Source: a virus
Strand: one strand, 5' to 3'
DNA length: 64,000 nt
Virus record (IMG/VR): IMGVR_UViG_3300032325_000466
Coordinates: 96,001-160,000 of that record
Below the pieces are notes generated by a model that was given only the letters and a program-made list of their open reading frames with translations, was not told the origin of the DNA and searched no databases. This document shows, in pieces, positions 11,286 through 19,854 of this stretch. How positions within the stretch are numbered: position 1 is the stretch's first letter; each line of letters begins with the position of its first letter. Position numbers and translations under genes: made by a program.

Positions 11286-11923
11286 TGTCAGTAATAACTT
11301 TATCATACAAAATTGAAGGTTTTCTCAAAATATACGATCCTAATAATGGTGAAATTTTTGTAGATAAAAAGAATGCCATAAATTATGAAACTATGTCGAT
11401 AGCCATAGCCGATACTCTAAGTAGTAGGGGTTATGGCGAAATATATCAAATGGCATTTGGTAATGGTGGCGCGTCAGTTTCAGACACTGGTGTTATTACC
11501 TATCTACCTCCTAATGTAACAGGACTAAATGCGGCTCTGTACAATCAAACCTACGCTAAAGTAGTAGATGATACCAGTGCATTTAATCTAGACCCAACTA
11601 GAAACAAAATGTCTGTTCTACATACATCAGGTAAAGTATATACTGATATTTTAGTTCAATGCTTATTAGATTACGGTGAACCTGCAGGACAGGCAGCGTT
11701 TGATAATAGCACCCAAACAGATTCAAGCTATATTTTTGATGAATTGGGATTACTAGCCAACTATAGTCCTATTAATCCAGGCGAAGCTACAAGATTACTA
11801 ACACATGTAATATTTCACCCAGTACAAAAAAGCTTAAACCGACAGATTCAAATAGATTACACAGTTAGGATTCAGGCGCTAACTAGTAGTACAAGTATTA
11901 GTACAAGTATAAATTTAATGTAA
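11285..11923 (+). CDS. Putative virion structural (baseplate/tail) protein
   Basis: 212-aa ORF between structural genes; DELGL and HPVQKSLNRQIQIDYTVRI resemble tail-collar/baseplate C-termini. Confidence 0.55.
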   Translation: MSVITLSYKIEGFLKIYDPNNGEIFVDKKNAINYETMSIAIADTLSSRGYGEIYQMAFGNGGASVSDTGVITYLPPNVTGLNAALYNQTYAKVVDDTSAFNLDPTRNKMSVLHTSGKVYTDILVQCLLDYGEPAGQAAFDNSTQTDSSYIFDELGLLANYSPINPGEATRLLTHVIFHPVQKSLNRQIQIDYTVRIQALTSSTSISTSINLM

Positions 11924-11945
11924 ATACAATATCGGAGTTATTTAA

Positions 11946-13916
11946 ATGGCATACAGAATTTTAAAAAGTAACGGGCAATTATTAGCAACTATTCCCGACG
12001 GGACTATCAATACTAGCAATTCTAGTTTAGGTTTGCCCGGTAGAAACTATGCAGGTTATGGACAAACACTAGATACTAACTTTGTTCACATAACTGAAAA
12101 TTTTGCCAAAGCTACTCCTCCCGCTAATCCACTACAGGGTCAATTATGGTATAACACTAATGCCAATCTATTATATGTATGCCCCGCAGATGGAACAACT
12201 AATGCTGCTGATTGGGTGCCTATAGCAGTAGCAGGTGGAAACACTACTACAACATTTGGTACGGTTAATGTTAATGGAAACCTAAACGCTAATAATGTAA
12301 TAGCGGTTAATTCTGTTCAGGCAGCAAATGGCGCATTTACTAACATTAGCGTTACAGCTAATGCAAATATCGCAAGTTCAAGCACAATAACAGCTAATAT
12401 TGGTACACTAACTACTCAAGCAATTACCACTGGAGCAAATACTACTACAGGAACAATGAATGGTACTTGGACAATAACTGGTGGCCTGTCAGGTAATTCA
12501 CTAGTAGTAGCTAATGGTAATGTATATACTACTGGTATTAGAACTGACGGCTATTATTACTCTAATGGTGCACCATTCAATGGAACATATACTAATGGTA
12601 ATGTGTTTGATTATTTGACTGGCGCAAACAGTACACCAAGATTTACTGGTAATATTGCACCAAATTTAATCGCTGCGACTGGTAACATAAACACTACTGG
12701 TAACATAAGTGCGACTGGTAACATAACTGGTAATTATATTATAGGTAACGGTAGTTTGTTGACCGGCGTGTCAGTAAGTGGAGGAACTACTATTGTCAAT
12801 GGTAATAGTAATGTAAATATTCCAGCTGCCAATGGCAATGTTACCATCAGTTCAGCCGGTAACGCAAATATCATAATAGTTACTGGAACCGGTGCTAATA
12901 TCGCTGGTACACTAAGCTCAACCGGTAACGCTAACGTAGGTAACTTAGGTACTACTGGTGTATTTGCTACTACACTAAGCTCAACCGGTAACGCTAACGT
13001 AGGTAACTTAGGTACTACTGGTGTATTTGCTACTACACTAAGCTCAACCGGTAACGCTAACGTAGGCGGTACGCTAAATGTAACTGGTAATACTACTTTC
13101 TCAGGTGTTGGACAGAGAATTTTAGGTGACTTTAGCAACACGACTTTGGGAAGTAGAACCGCGCTTCAAGATAAAGCTACGAACAGTCTTACTTTTGTTC
13201 CAATACTTCCCAACGGCACAAACTCAAATTCCGGATTAGGTGTATTTAACTCATCCGATGGAAACAACGCAGCATATGGTTATCTTCAAACAAATACCTC
13301 GCAAGTTCAAGTAGGTGCGGACAAAATTGGGACGGGCACTTATCTGCCAATTACATTTGCAACTAGTGGGGCAGAAGCAGCTAGAATTGATACGACAGGA
13401 AGATTTCTTGTTGGAACCCCATTGAATAATTGGGGAGGATCTCCAACTGGAATAGCAACATTTGCCCCAACTTCATCAGTAGTATCTGGCATATATACCG
13501 GATGTTGGAATGCAGCCGGCACTGCCGTATCGTTTTACTCTGGAACTAATTCACCATTTTATTTTGCAGGCTCGATTAGTTTAAGTACATTCACCACTGC
13601 ATACAATACATCGTCTGATTATAGATTAAAAGACAACATACAGCCACTAACCGGCAGTGGTTCGTTCATTGATGCATTGCAGCCAAGAAAGTGGTCATGG
13701 GTGCAAGGTGGAGGTAATGGAGTAGGCTTCGTCGCACATGAGGTTGCGGCAGTATCACCTTCATCAGTTTCTGGGGAAAAAGACGCCGTTAAAGAAGATG
13801 GCTCACCAGACTATCAGGTTATGGAATACGGTAGTGCAGAATTTATTGCTAATATGATTGCTGAATTGCAAGAATTACGCCGTCGAGTAGCCCAATTAGA
13901 AGCTAATAATCCTTAA
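11946..13916 (+). CDS. Tail fiber with C-terminal peptidase S74 intramolecular chaperone
   Basis: Gly/Asn/Thr-rich repeats; SDYRLKDNIQPL cleavage motif; GFVAHEV; terminal coiled coil ELQELRRRVAQLE. Confidence 0.85.
   Translation: MAYRILKSNGQLLATIPDGTINTSNSSLGLPGRNYAGYGQTLDTNFVHITENFAKATPPANPLQGQLWYNTNANLLYVCPADGTTNAADWVPIAVAGGNTTTTFGTVNVNGNLNANNVIAVNSVQAANGAFTNISVTANANIASSSTITANIGTLTTQAITTGANTTTGTMNGTWTITGGLSGNSLVVANGNVYTTGIRTDGYYYSNGAPFNGTYTNGNVFDYLTGANSTPRFTGNIAPNLIAATGNINTTGNISATGNITGNYIIGNGSLLTGVSVSGGTTIVNGNSNVNIPAANGNVTISSAGNANIIIVTGTGANIAGTLSSTGNANVGNLGTTGVFATTLSSTGNANVGNLGTTGVFATTLSSTGNANVGGTLNVTGNTTFSGVGQRILGDFSNTTLGSRTALQDKATNSLTFVPILPNGTNSNSGLGVFNSSDGNNAAYGYLQTNTSQVQVGADKIGTGTYLPITFATSGAEAARIDTTGRFLVGTPLNNWGGSPTGIATFAPTSSVVSGIYTGCWNAAGTAVSFYSGTNSPFYFAGSISLSTFTTAYNTSSDYRLKDNIQPLTGSGSFIDALQPRKWSWVQGGGNGVGFVAHEVAAVSPSSVSGEKDAVKEDGSPDYQVMEYGSAEFIANMIAELQELRRRVAQLEANNP
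12909..13066 (+). repeat. Perfect 63-bp tandem repeat, 2.5 copies (TLSSTGNANVGNLGTTGVFAT)
   Basis: Identical units start at 12909, 12972 and 13035 (the last is partial). Confidence 0.95.
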
Positions 13917-13938
13917 AGTATTTGTGATATAATTGTCA

Positions 13939-14439
13939 ATGCACGATGACACGAAAAATCCTAGCAATTTAGCTAAGGGTAGAACTAGCTTTGATATTAA
14001 TGTAGGTGGTACGCTTGTACCCTTCTTTAATAAAAACATCACTCCCTACCCTACAGATGTAAGTGCTCCCAAATTTGAGCTAGTACCTGTACGCGAGAAA
14101 AAAGACTTGATGATAAATTCTGCCCGCATGTATGCCGAGCAAGAATACAACCGTATCATGGAGTTAGTAAATGTGTTACAATCACAAGCTAATCAAATAA
14201 AACGCAGATTAGATATTACAGATTGGGTACATAGTGCTGATTATAACTTTAATACTACACATGGTGGGTATTATTGGATAGCACAGGATACAAATAGAAA
14301 TCGCACAGTTCTATTGATAATGGGCCCCAGTGACTGGTCAACAGGCGCTCCCGAACACTTTGAATATATCGCTAGAGTAAAGTATATGGGCGATCATACT
14401 TGGGTAGAAGTAGATGATCAAAACAATATAAAATGGTGA
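13939..14439 (+). CDS. DUF2452-like protein
   Basis: YPTDVSAPKF...YAEQEYNRIMEL...YNF pattern. The probable ATG is 13939, 5 nt after an extended -10 (TGaTATAAT); the ORF track uses TTG 13933. Confidence 0.55.
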   Translation: MHDDTKNPSNLAKGRTSFDINVGGTLVPFFNKNITPYPTDVSAPKFELVPVREKKDLMINSARMYAEQEYNRIMELVNVLQSQANQIKRRLDITDWVHSADYNFNTTHGGYYWIAQDTNRNRTVLLIMGPSDWSTGAPEHFEYIARVKYMGDHTWVEVDDQNNIKW

Positions 14440-14492
14440 ATAAATGATACACTTTACAATAACTGATCACGATATGAAGGGCAAATTCGGTA

Positions 14493-14521
14493 TTGACTTT
14501 TACCATCGAACAGTGTATAAA
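14493..14521 (+). promoter_or_regulatory. Sigma70 promoter of the tmRNA gene
   Basis: TTGACT-N17-TATAAA; the -10 overlaps a late-type TATAAATA. Confidence 0.75.
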
Positions 14522-14708
14522 TAGTATTGTTCGTTGAAAGGTTCATCATAAGCACATACGCTGATAGCAAGCGACTAAGGCAGCTATGCGAAATCTTAGT
14601 TTAATGTGTGCTTTTGATGAATCAGTAGAGGAATTCGTTGAGGGTAACCTCTAGAAGTCGTTATTGGACTAGCTGTGGACGTGGGTTCGATTCCCACCGG
14701 GTCCACCA

Positions 14709-14794
14709 AAAGTATACTACTTGATTGGTTGACTACCCAAGGTTATCGTTGATAGAGAATTAGTCGCTCAGTAGATAACAAGTGTACTTCTGAT
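14709..14794 (+). other. Intervening segment of the permuted tmRNA precursor (excised on processing)
   Basis: Lies between the CCA and the 5' GGGCC; its ends AAGTAT..ACTTG / CAAGT-GTACTT can pair. Confidence 0.8.
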
Positions 14795-14900
14795 GGGCCT
14801 GACCTGGTTTCGACATGGTTAGAAAGGAACGATTAGAATCGGCAATGTTAAAGCCGTTAGGGTTGGGATTTCTCGGCCGTAGAGACAAAAAACTATAAAT

Positions 14901-14942
14901 GCTAACGCATCTAACGATGAGGTTTTCGCTCTAGCAGCGTGA
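14901..14942 (+). other. tmRNA tag reading frame ANASNDEVFALAA*
   Basis: GCT AAC GCA TCT AAC GAT GAG GTT TTC GCT CTA GCA GCG TGA, preceded by the resume context ATAAAT; C-terminal LAA degron. Confidence 0.9.
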
Positions 14943-14981
14943 TCTCCGGGGTTGACAACCTTGTAACCAAATAGTCAGGAA

Positions 14982-15005
14982 AGGCTCGCAAGGGCCTTTT
15001 CTTTT
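14982..15005 (+). terminator. Intrinsic terminator after tmRNA
   Basis: AGGCTC-GCAA-GGGCCT followed by TTTCTTTT. Confidence 0.8.
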
Positions 15006-15023
15006 GGCAGCATAAATACTAGC

Positions 15024-15569
15024 ATGAACATCAAAGAAATAATCACCGAAGAAGTAGTTGCCGAATACTGGACCACTGGAAGGGGTACTACAAAACAAGG
15101 TATTGATATGGGTGACATGATAAAATCTCAAGTTGAGCTGGTCAACACCCCATTAACTCAACTTAATGTTAGATATTCCCCTTTTAGTAATTCTGCAAAA
15201 ATACATGAATATTATCTATACGATAAAGAAACTGATAAGTGCGTTGGGTATTTTTTCGTAGAAATGCAAAATAAAAAATTTGATAAAGTATTGAAACCTG
15301 GTATTAGCGCAGTAATTCCCCATATAGGACTAGCACTCCGCGTTCAAGGTAAGGGTATAGCTAGTCAAATTTATACAACATTTTTACGAGGTGGTCCATG
15401 GGTGTTCGTAACTGAATCGCATAGTAATGCAGCCGCAGCACTTTGGGACAGGATAGCAACTGGTGATATCATTGAAGTTTATGTTGATGCAAAAACCGAA
15501 AAACGAATTGAAAATTCAAAGAGTGTGATCGATTATAGAATGATTGGTCCAAAAGATAGGTTCCTCTAA
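15024..15569 (+). CDS. GNAT-like protein with a capsid-targeting-like N-terminus (MNIKEIITE)
   Basis: RVQGKGIASQIY resembles GNAT motif A, followed by HSNAAAALWDRI. Late-type ATAAATA lies 5 nt upstream. Confidence 0.55.
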   Translation: MNIKEIITEEVVAEYWTTGRGTTKQGIDMGDMIKSQVELVNTPLTQLNVRYSPFSNSAKIHEYYLYDKETDKCVGYFFVEMQNKKFDKVLKPGISAVIPHIGLALRVQGKGIASQIYTTFLRGGPWVFVTESHSNAAAALWDRIATGDIIEVYVDAKTEKRIENSKSVIDYRMIGPKDRFL

Positions 15570-15584
15570 ACAAATATTCACCAT

Positions 15585-15608
15585 AGGCTCGCAAGAGCCT
15601 TTTCTTTT
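15585..15608 (+). terminator. Intrinsic terminator, near-identical to 14982-15007
   Basis: AGGCTC-GCAA-GAGCCT-TTTCTTTT. Confidence 0.8.
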
Positions 15609-15623
15609 GGGTATATAAACAGG

Positions 15624-15652
15624 TTGACAATAGCTAATATTATCTGTATGAT
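15624..15652 (+). promoter_or_regulatory. Sigma70-type promoter
   Basis: TTGACA-N17-TATGAT. Confidence 0.65.
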
Positions 15653-15677
15653 GTAGTTTTAGTAATGTAAATAAACT

Positions 15678-16460
15678 ATGAAAAAAATTCTAATGTGCGA
15701 TCCCCGATTCTTTGGGGTTACTTATGATATCAACCCATGGATGTCTAGTAATATTGGGTGTGTAAATCAATCACTTGCTCGTGAACAATGGACTCTATTG
15801 CGAGATGCTATCTCAAGTGTAACTGAAGTAGAAGTATTGCCGGGAGTAGAAAATTTACCCGATTTAGTTTTTACTGCCAATGCTGGCATTGTTAGAAAAA
15901 ATCAAGCAATCGTAGCTAAGTTTAGCAAATCTGAACGGCGTGCAGAAGAAGAGCATTTTAAAAAATGGTTTAGTGAGCATAAGCTAATCACTGTTCAAAC
16001 TGTTCATTCATATGAGGGTGAAGGTGATCACCTAGTAGATAAATTAGGCCGTCATTGGCTGGGTACTGGCTTTAGAACAGATGGTAAAGTAGCTGAAGAA
16101 TTGACTAGAATTCTATGGGTTCGTATGAATACATTAGAGTTAGTTGATCCTCGCTGGTATCATTTAGATACTTGTTTTGCACCTTTACCATATGGTGAAG
16201 TAATTTGGTATCCTGGTGCATTTTCAGAGAGTAGCCAACAACTTATTCGCAGCGCATTTAGAACTAGGATAGAAATAAGTGAAGAAGATGCTAGTGCATT
16301 TGCTTGCAATTTGGTAGCACTGGGTAATAATATCTTTCTTCCCAAGAACTTTGGTGCATCAGACCGATTACAGGGTCTTGGTTACAAAGTCCAAGAATTT
16401 GATTTAAGCGAATTTATGCGAGCAGGTGGCGCAGCCAAATGCTTGACGCTATACTATTAA
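15678..16460 (+). CDS. Pentein-family amidinotransferase / arginine dihydrolase-like enzyme (ArgZ N-domain/DDAH-like)
   Basis: ILMCDP..Y.INPWM, PDLVFTANAG, EGEGD, YHLDT and catalytic Cys in GGAAKCLTL. Confidence 0.85.
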   Translation: MKKILMCDPRFFGVTYDINPWMSSNIGCVNQSLAREQWTLLRDAISSVTEVEVLPGVENLPDLVFTANAGIVRKNQAIVAKFSKSERRAEEEHFKKWFSEHKLITVQTVHSYEGEGDHLVDKLGRHWLGTGFRTDGKVAEELTRILWVRMNTLELVDPRWYHLDTCFAPLPYGEVIWYPGAFSESSQQLIRSAFRTRIEISEEDASAFACNLVALGNNIFLPKNFGASDRLQGLGYKVQEFDLSEFMRAGGAAKCLTLYY

Positions 16461-16481
16461 ATCTTATTTGGGATAATTAAC

Positions 16482-16505
16482 GGGGGCAATAGCCCCTATT
16501 TTTTT
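16482..16505 (+). terminator. Intrinsic terminator
   Basis: GGGGC-AATA-GCCCC followed by a T-run. Confidence 0.75.
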
Positions 16506-16577
16506 ATCCAATGCGGATGCTGAGATTAAATAGAGTTACTAATCTTTGCATACGATAACTATATAAGGGAGATAGAA

Positions 16578-16877
16578 ATGACAAAAGTGTATATGGTTGA
16601 TATAGATAACACTATCTGCATAAGCAAAGGTAATGACTATGCTAACAGCGAACCATTAATAGATCGTATTGCAAAAATAAATGAGTTGGTAAAACAAGGT
16701 CACAAAGTCATTTATTGGACAGCGCGAGGCAGTAGCAGTGGAATAGATTGGACAAACGAAACACACAGTCAACTAACAGCCTGGAACTGTGAATACCATG
16801 AAATTCATATGGGAAAACCATCATATGATATATGGATAGACGACAAGGCTATTAATTCAGAGGATTTTTTCAAGTGA
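16578..16877 (+). CDS. Small HAD-superfamily phosphatase (capsule-biosynthesis phosphatase-like)
   Basis: VDIDNT motif I, WTARG motif II, GKP..D.WIDDKA motifs III/IV. Confidence 0.8.
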   Translation: MTKVYMVDIDNTICISKGNDYANSEPLIDRIAKINELVKQGHKVIYWTARGSSSGIDWTNETHSQLTAWNCEYHEIHMGKPSYDIWIDDKAINSEDFFK

Positions 16878-18865
16878 ATATTTTAATTTTCTCCCACAGT
16901 TGTAATCTCGGCGGAGCAGAGAATGCACTAATTTGTTTGGTATCAGAATTAAGTGCTAAACATACAGTAACAATATCTTTCCCTAATGCACAAGGTCCAC
17001 TAATAGATTATTTTACTAGAAAGAATATTAGATGCGTGTCGTTACCTCTAGGATTCTCCCTCCCCAATCCACATGACGCCTTGGTTAAGTTTTCACAAGT
17101 ATGTAATGATAATGTAATCGAACAAATACGAGAATTAAATTTCGACATGATCATATGCAATACTATAGTTACTTTGCATGGATTACTATTAGCAAAAATT
17201 TTAAAAATTCCAAGTATATTGTATGCACATGAAAAATTAGAGTTTGATACTGATTTAGCACCTCACGGATGTTCCTCTAGGTTTTATTTAGATTTGGTGG
17301 GAATGGCGTCCAATCATATTATGTGTACCTCCGAGTATGTTAAAAAATCATTTACTCAATTTAATAATAAAGCTAGTGTATTGTATATGTTTGATCAACA
17401 TATACAGTCGATAGAAACACCAGTTATGAATGATGACTTGGTTTCTATTTCGGTGATAGGTATAAAATCGATTAGAAAAAACACGCATTTCGCAATAACG
17501 GTATTAAAAGCCTTGCGTCTAAGGGGAATGAACGCTGAATTACATTTAATTGGTCAAAATGGTTCTGGAATGCATTTATTAGAGCAGAAGTTAAAAATTC
17601 GCGGAGAACCAAATATCCATGTATACCCTAATCAACCCGATCCGTATGCAATTGGAAAAGGTAAAAAGATAACATTAATAACAGCTATTTGTGAACCGTT
17701 TGGATTAACCATGATGGAATCATTGTTCAGGGGTATCCCTGTTGTTGCATCGAAATGCGGTGGCCCGGAAGAGGTATTACCAAAATCATATCTATATGCA
17801 GTAAATGATTTGGAGTCATGTGTTCGAAATATAGAAGAAGTGGTGTCAAACTATAAAACTCACGCTAATACGGCTAAGAAAACTTATAACAATTTTATAA
17901 AAAAACATCCTAAAAAAGAAATATCTGATGTTATCTCATCGGCAATTGACAGCGCAAAACAGGATTTTAGTAAAAATGGTAACGGATCTACTTCAATTAA
18001 GTGGGAAGATTTTAAATTCTTGGTAGAAAGTCCATTGTCCAATGAGGATATTGTAAAAAATATAGCAGAAGTTACAAAGACCACTACTGATGTCATAGAA
18101 ATTCAATTGACAAAAGAACGTGTAACACCCGGGATATCCGTGCTGAATGATATTCGTAAGTTTGATGTTGTCCCCTATACCATATCCGACAACTTGACAA
18201 ATCTTTACAAAGAAGGCACCGGACTAGCAATTGAATTATTATCTTCTATAGGTGATAGTGGAAAAATTTCCATGCTAAGTTATATATTGTTAGCTCTAAA
18301 AGAAAAACAACAGATTAACCCAATAAAAAAAGTACTGTGTTTAGGCGATGGTATAGGAATAGATGCGATTAGGTTTGCACAATGCGGATATGAGGTTGAT
18401 TATCTTGATTTTGATTCTTCAAAAATGGCAAAAATTGCAGAATTAAACTTTAAAAAAATTAAAGAAAATAATCCCACACTAAAATTAAACATTGTAAAAA
18501 CGCCCACACAAAAATATGATGTAATTATATCACTTGAAGTTATCGAGCATGTAGACGATCCTGTTGATTTTTTAAAGTTTATTCATAGTATGATGAACGA
18601 TGATGGATTTTTGTTTATTTCCGAATGTTTTGATGGTATATATGATGTTTGGCCTACACATATACTAAAACATGAAGAATTTTCTAATTTACTACCTTTA
18701 TTGGCAAGTCCTTACTTTAAATTAGTAGATATAAATAACACCTACTTTGGAAAACCATATATGTTTCAAAAAATAGACGCAGTGTCATCTGATGTATTGG
18801 ATTTTCTAAAAAATAGAGAATGGGTGATAAATTTTATAAATACAAAACTTAAAATTGGAATTTAA
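16874..18865 (+). CDS. GT-B (family 4) glycosyltransferase fused to a C-terminal SAM-dependent methyltransferase
   Basis: LGGAE; EPFGLTMMESLFRGIPVVAS; C-terminal VLCLGDGIG and YDVIISLEVIEHV. Confidence 0.8.
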   Translation: MNILIFSHSCNLGGAENALICLVSELSAKHTVTISFPNAQGPLIDYFTRKNIRCVSLPLGFSLPNPHDALVKFSQVCNDNVIEQIRELNFDMIICNTIVTLHGLLLAKILKIPSILYAHEKLEFDTDLAPHGCSSRFYLDLVGMASNHIMCTSEYVKKSFTQFNNKASVLYMFDQHIQSIETPVMNDDLVSISVIGIKSIRKNTHFAITVLKALRLRGMNAELHLIGQNGSGMHLLEQKLKIRGEPNIHVYPNQPDPYAIGKGKKITLITAICEPFGLTMMESLFRGIPVVASKCGGPEEVLPKSYLYAVNDLESCVRNIEEVVSNYKTHANTAKKTYNNFIKKHPKKEISDVISSAIDSAKQDFSKNGNGSTSIKWEDFKFLVESPLSNEDIVKNIAEVTKTTTDVIEIQLTKERVTPGISVLNDIRKFDVVPYTISDNLTNLYKEGTGLAIELLSSIGDSGKISMLSYILLALKEKQQINPIKKVLCLGDGIGIDAIRFAQCGYEVDYLDFDSSKMAKIAELNFKKIKENNPTLKLNIVKTPTQKYDVIISLEVIEHVDDPVDFLKFIHSMMNDDGFLFISECFDGIYDVWPTHILKHEEFSNLLPLLASPYFKLVDINNTYFGKPYMFQKIDAVSSDVLDFLKNREWVINFINTKLKIGI

Positions 18866-18885
18866 ATTTATGAAGGCATATTAAA

Positions 18886-19854
18886 GTGATAGTAACATCA
18901 TGTCCTTTAAGGATATCATTAGTAGGAGGATCAACTGATCATCCACATTTTATTAATAAGTACGGACAAGGATCTGTCATCAGTTTCCCTTCAACTCTTC
19001 GGACTTATATAACTATTCACCAAGATATTTTTGGTAGTAATTCTATAGGTAATAATTATCATATTAACTATAGCAAACGAGAAACGGTAAAAAAAGTATC
19101 CGAAATTCAAAATGAATTAATACGATATTGTTTTGAATATCTCAACGTAGATAAAATGAATTGCAGTTTAACCTCTGATATTTACAGTGCCGGTTCAGGT
19201 TTAGCAGCAAGTTCTTCTTATTTACAAGCATTAATAAAAGCCATATATGTATTGCGTGAAGAACATATAACTGAATTCGAAGTATGTAAAATGGCAGAAA
19301 TTATAGAAAGAAATTTTAATCCATTGGTAGGCCAACAAGATTTCTATGGTAGTATTGGTGGATTGAAACGAATTGATTTCTTTAAAAACAGTGACCCTAG
19401 CATCCGTTATTTAAGTACAAACATATTCAAACAATTGAACATATATTTACTATATACAGGAGTGTTACGCAGTAGTACCAATATATTAGAAAGTATAAAT
19501 ATAGACAAATCAGTGCCTTTATTGCAAGATGTTGAAGATTTAGAGATAGCTATAAAAAATTGTGATATTGAAATGTTTAGTAATGTTATCAATCGCGGCT
19601 GGGAAAATAAAAAAGCTACTAGCAATTTAATATGCGAATCTTCTACACTTGAAGAATTAGATAGTAAACTCAAAAATGATCCTGATATACTAGCACACAA
19701 ATTATGCGGTGCTGGTAATGGTGGATATTTTTTAATTTTTACTAATTTGAATAGTGGATTTGATTCAGCTAAATATGATATGATGAAAGCTATCAGCTTA
19801 TCAGAAACCGGACTAAAATATATTAATTTAAAAAATGAATTTACAAAACTTTAA
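18886..19854 (+). CDS. GHMP sugar kinase, HddA (heptose-7-phosphate kinase)-like
   Basis: PLRISLVGGSTD, GSGLAASSS, GQQD, KLCGAGNGGY. Confidence 0.85.
   Translation: MIVTSCPLRISLVGGSTDHPHFINKYGQGSVISFPSTLRTYITIHQDIFGSNSIGNNYHINYSKRETVKKVSEIQNELIRYCFEYLNVDKMNCSLTSDIYSAGSGLAASSSYLQALIKAIYVLREEHITEFEVCKMAEIIERNFNPLVGQQDFYGSIGGLKRIDFFKNSDPSIRYLSTNIFKQLNIYLLYTGVLRSSTNILESINIDKSVPLLQDVEDLEIAIKNCDIEMFSNVINRGWENKKATSNLICESSTLEELDSKLKNDPDILAHKLCGAGNGGYFLIFTNLNSGFDSAKYDMMKAISLSETGLKYINLKNEFTKL

Larger units (their letters stand above)
14528..14981 (+). ncRNA. ssrA: Circularly permuted (two-piece) tmRNA gene
   Basis: The 3' tRNA-like end (T-arm GTGGG-TTCGATT-CCCAC 14681-14697; acceptor strand CGGGTCC-A-CCA ending 14708) lies upstream of the 5' end GGGCCTGACCTGGTTTCGAC (14795). 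The acceptor stem has a G3:U70 pair. The tag frame is 14901-14942. Outer boundaries are estimated from the promoter and terminator. Confidence 0.93.

Noticed and set aside
2995-13522. Short minus-strand ORFs inside the structural genes
   Set aside because: They are shadow ORFs fully overlapping long + strand CDSs and show no recognisable motifs.
14445-14525. 26-codon ORF MIHFTITDHDMKGKFGIDFYHRTVYK
   Set aside because: It overlaps the tmRNA promoter, is very short and has no RBS.
14670-14708. Stand-alone tRNA gene
   Set aside because: There is no D-arm or anticodon arm immediately upstream. The acceptor partner lies downstream at 14795, which fits a permuted tmRNA.
14931-15131. Minus-strand 66-aa ORF over the tmRNA end
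   Set aside because: It is antisense to the tmRNA, its terminator and a + strand gene.
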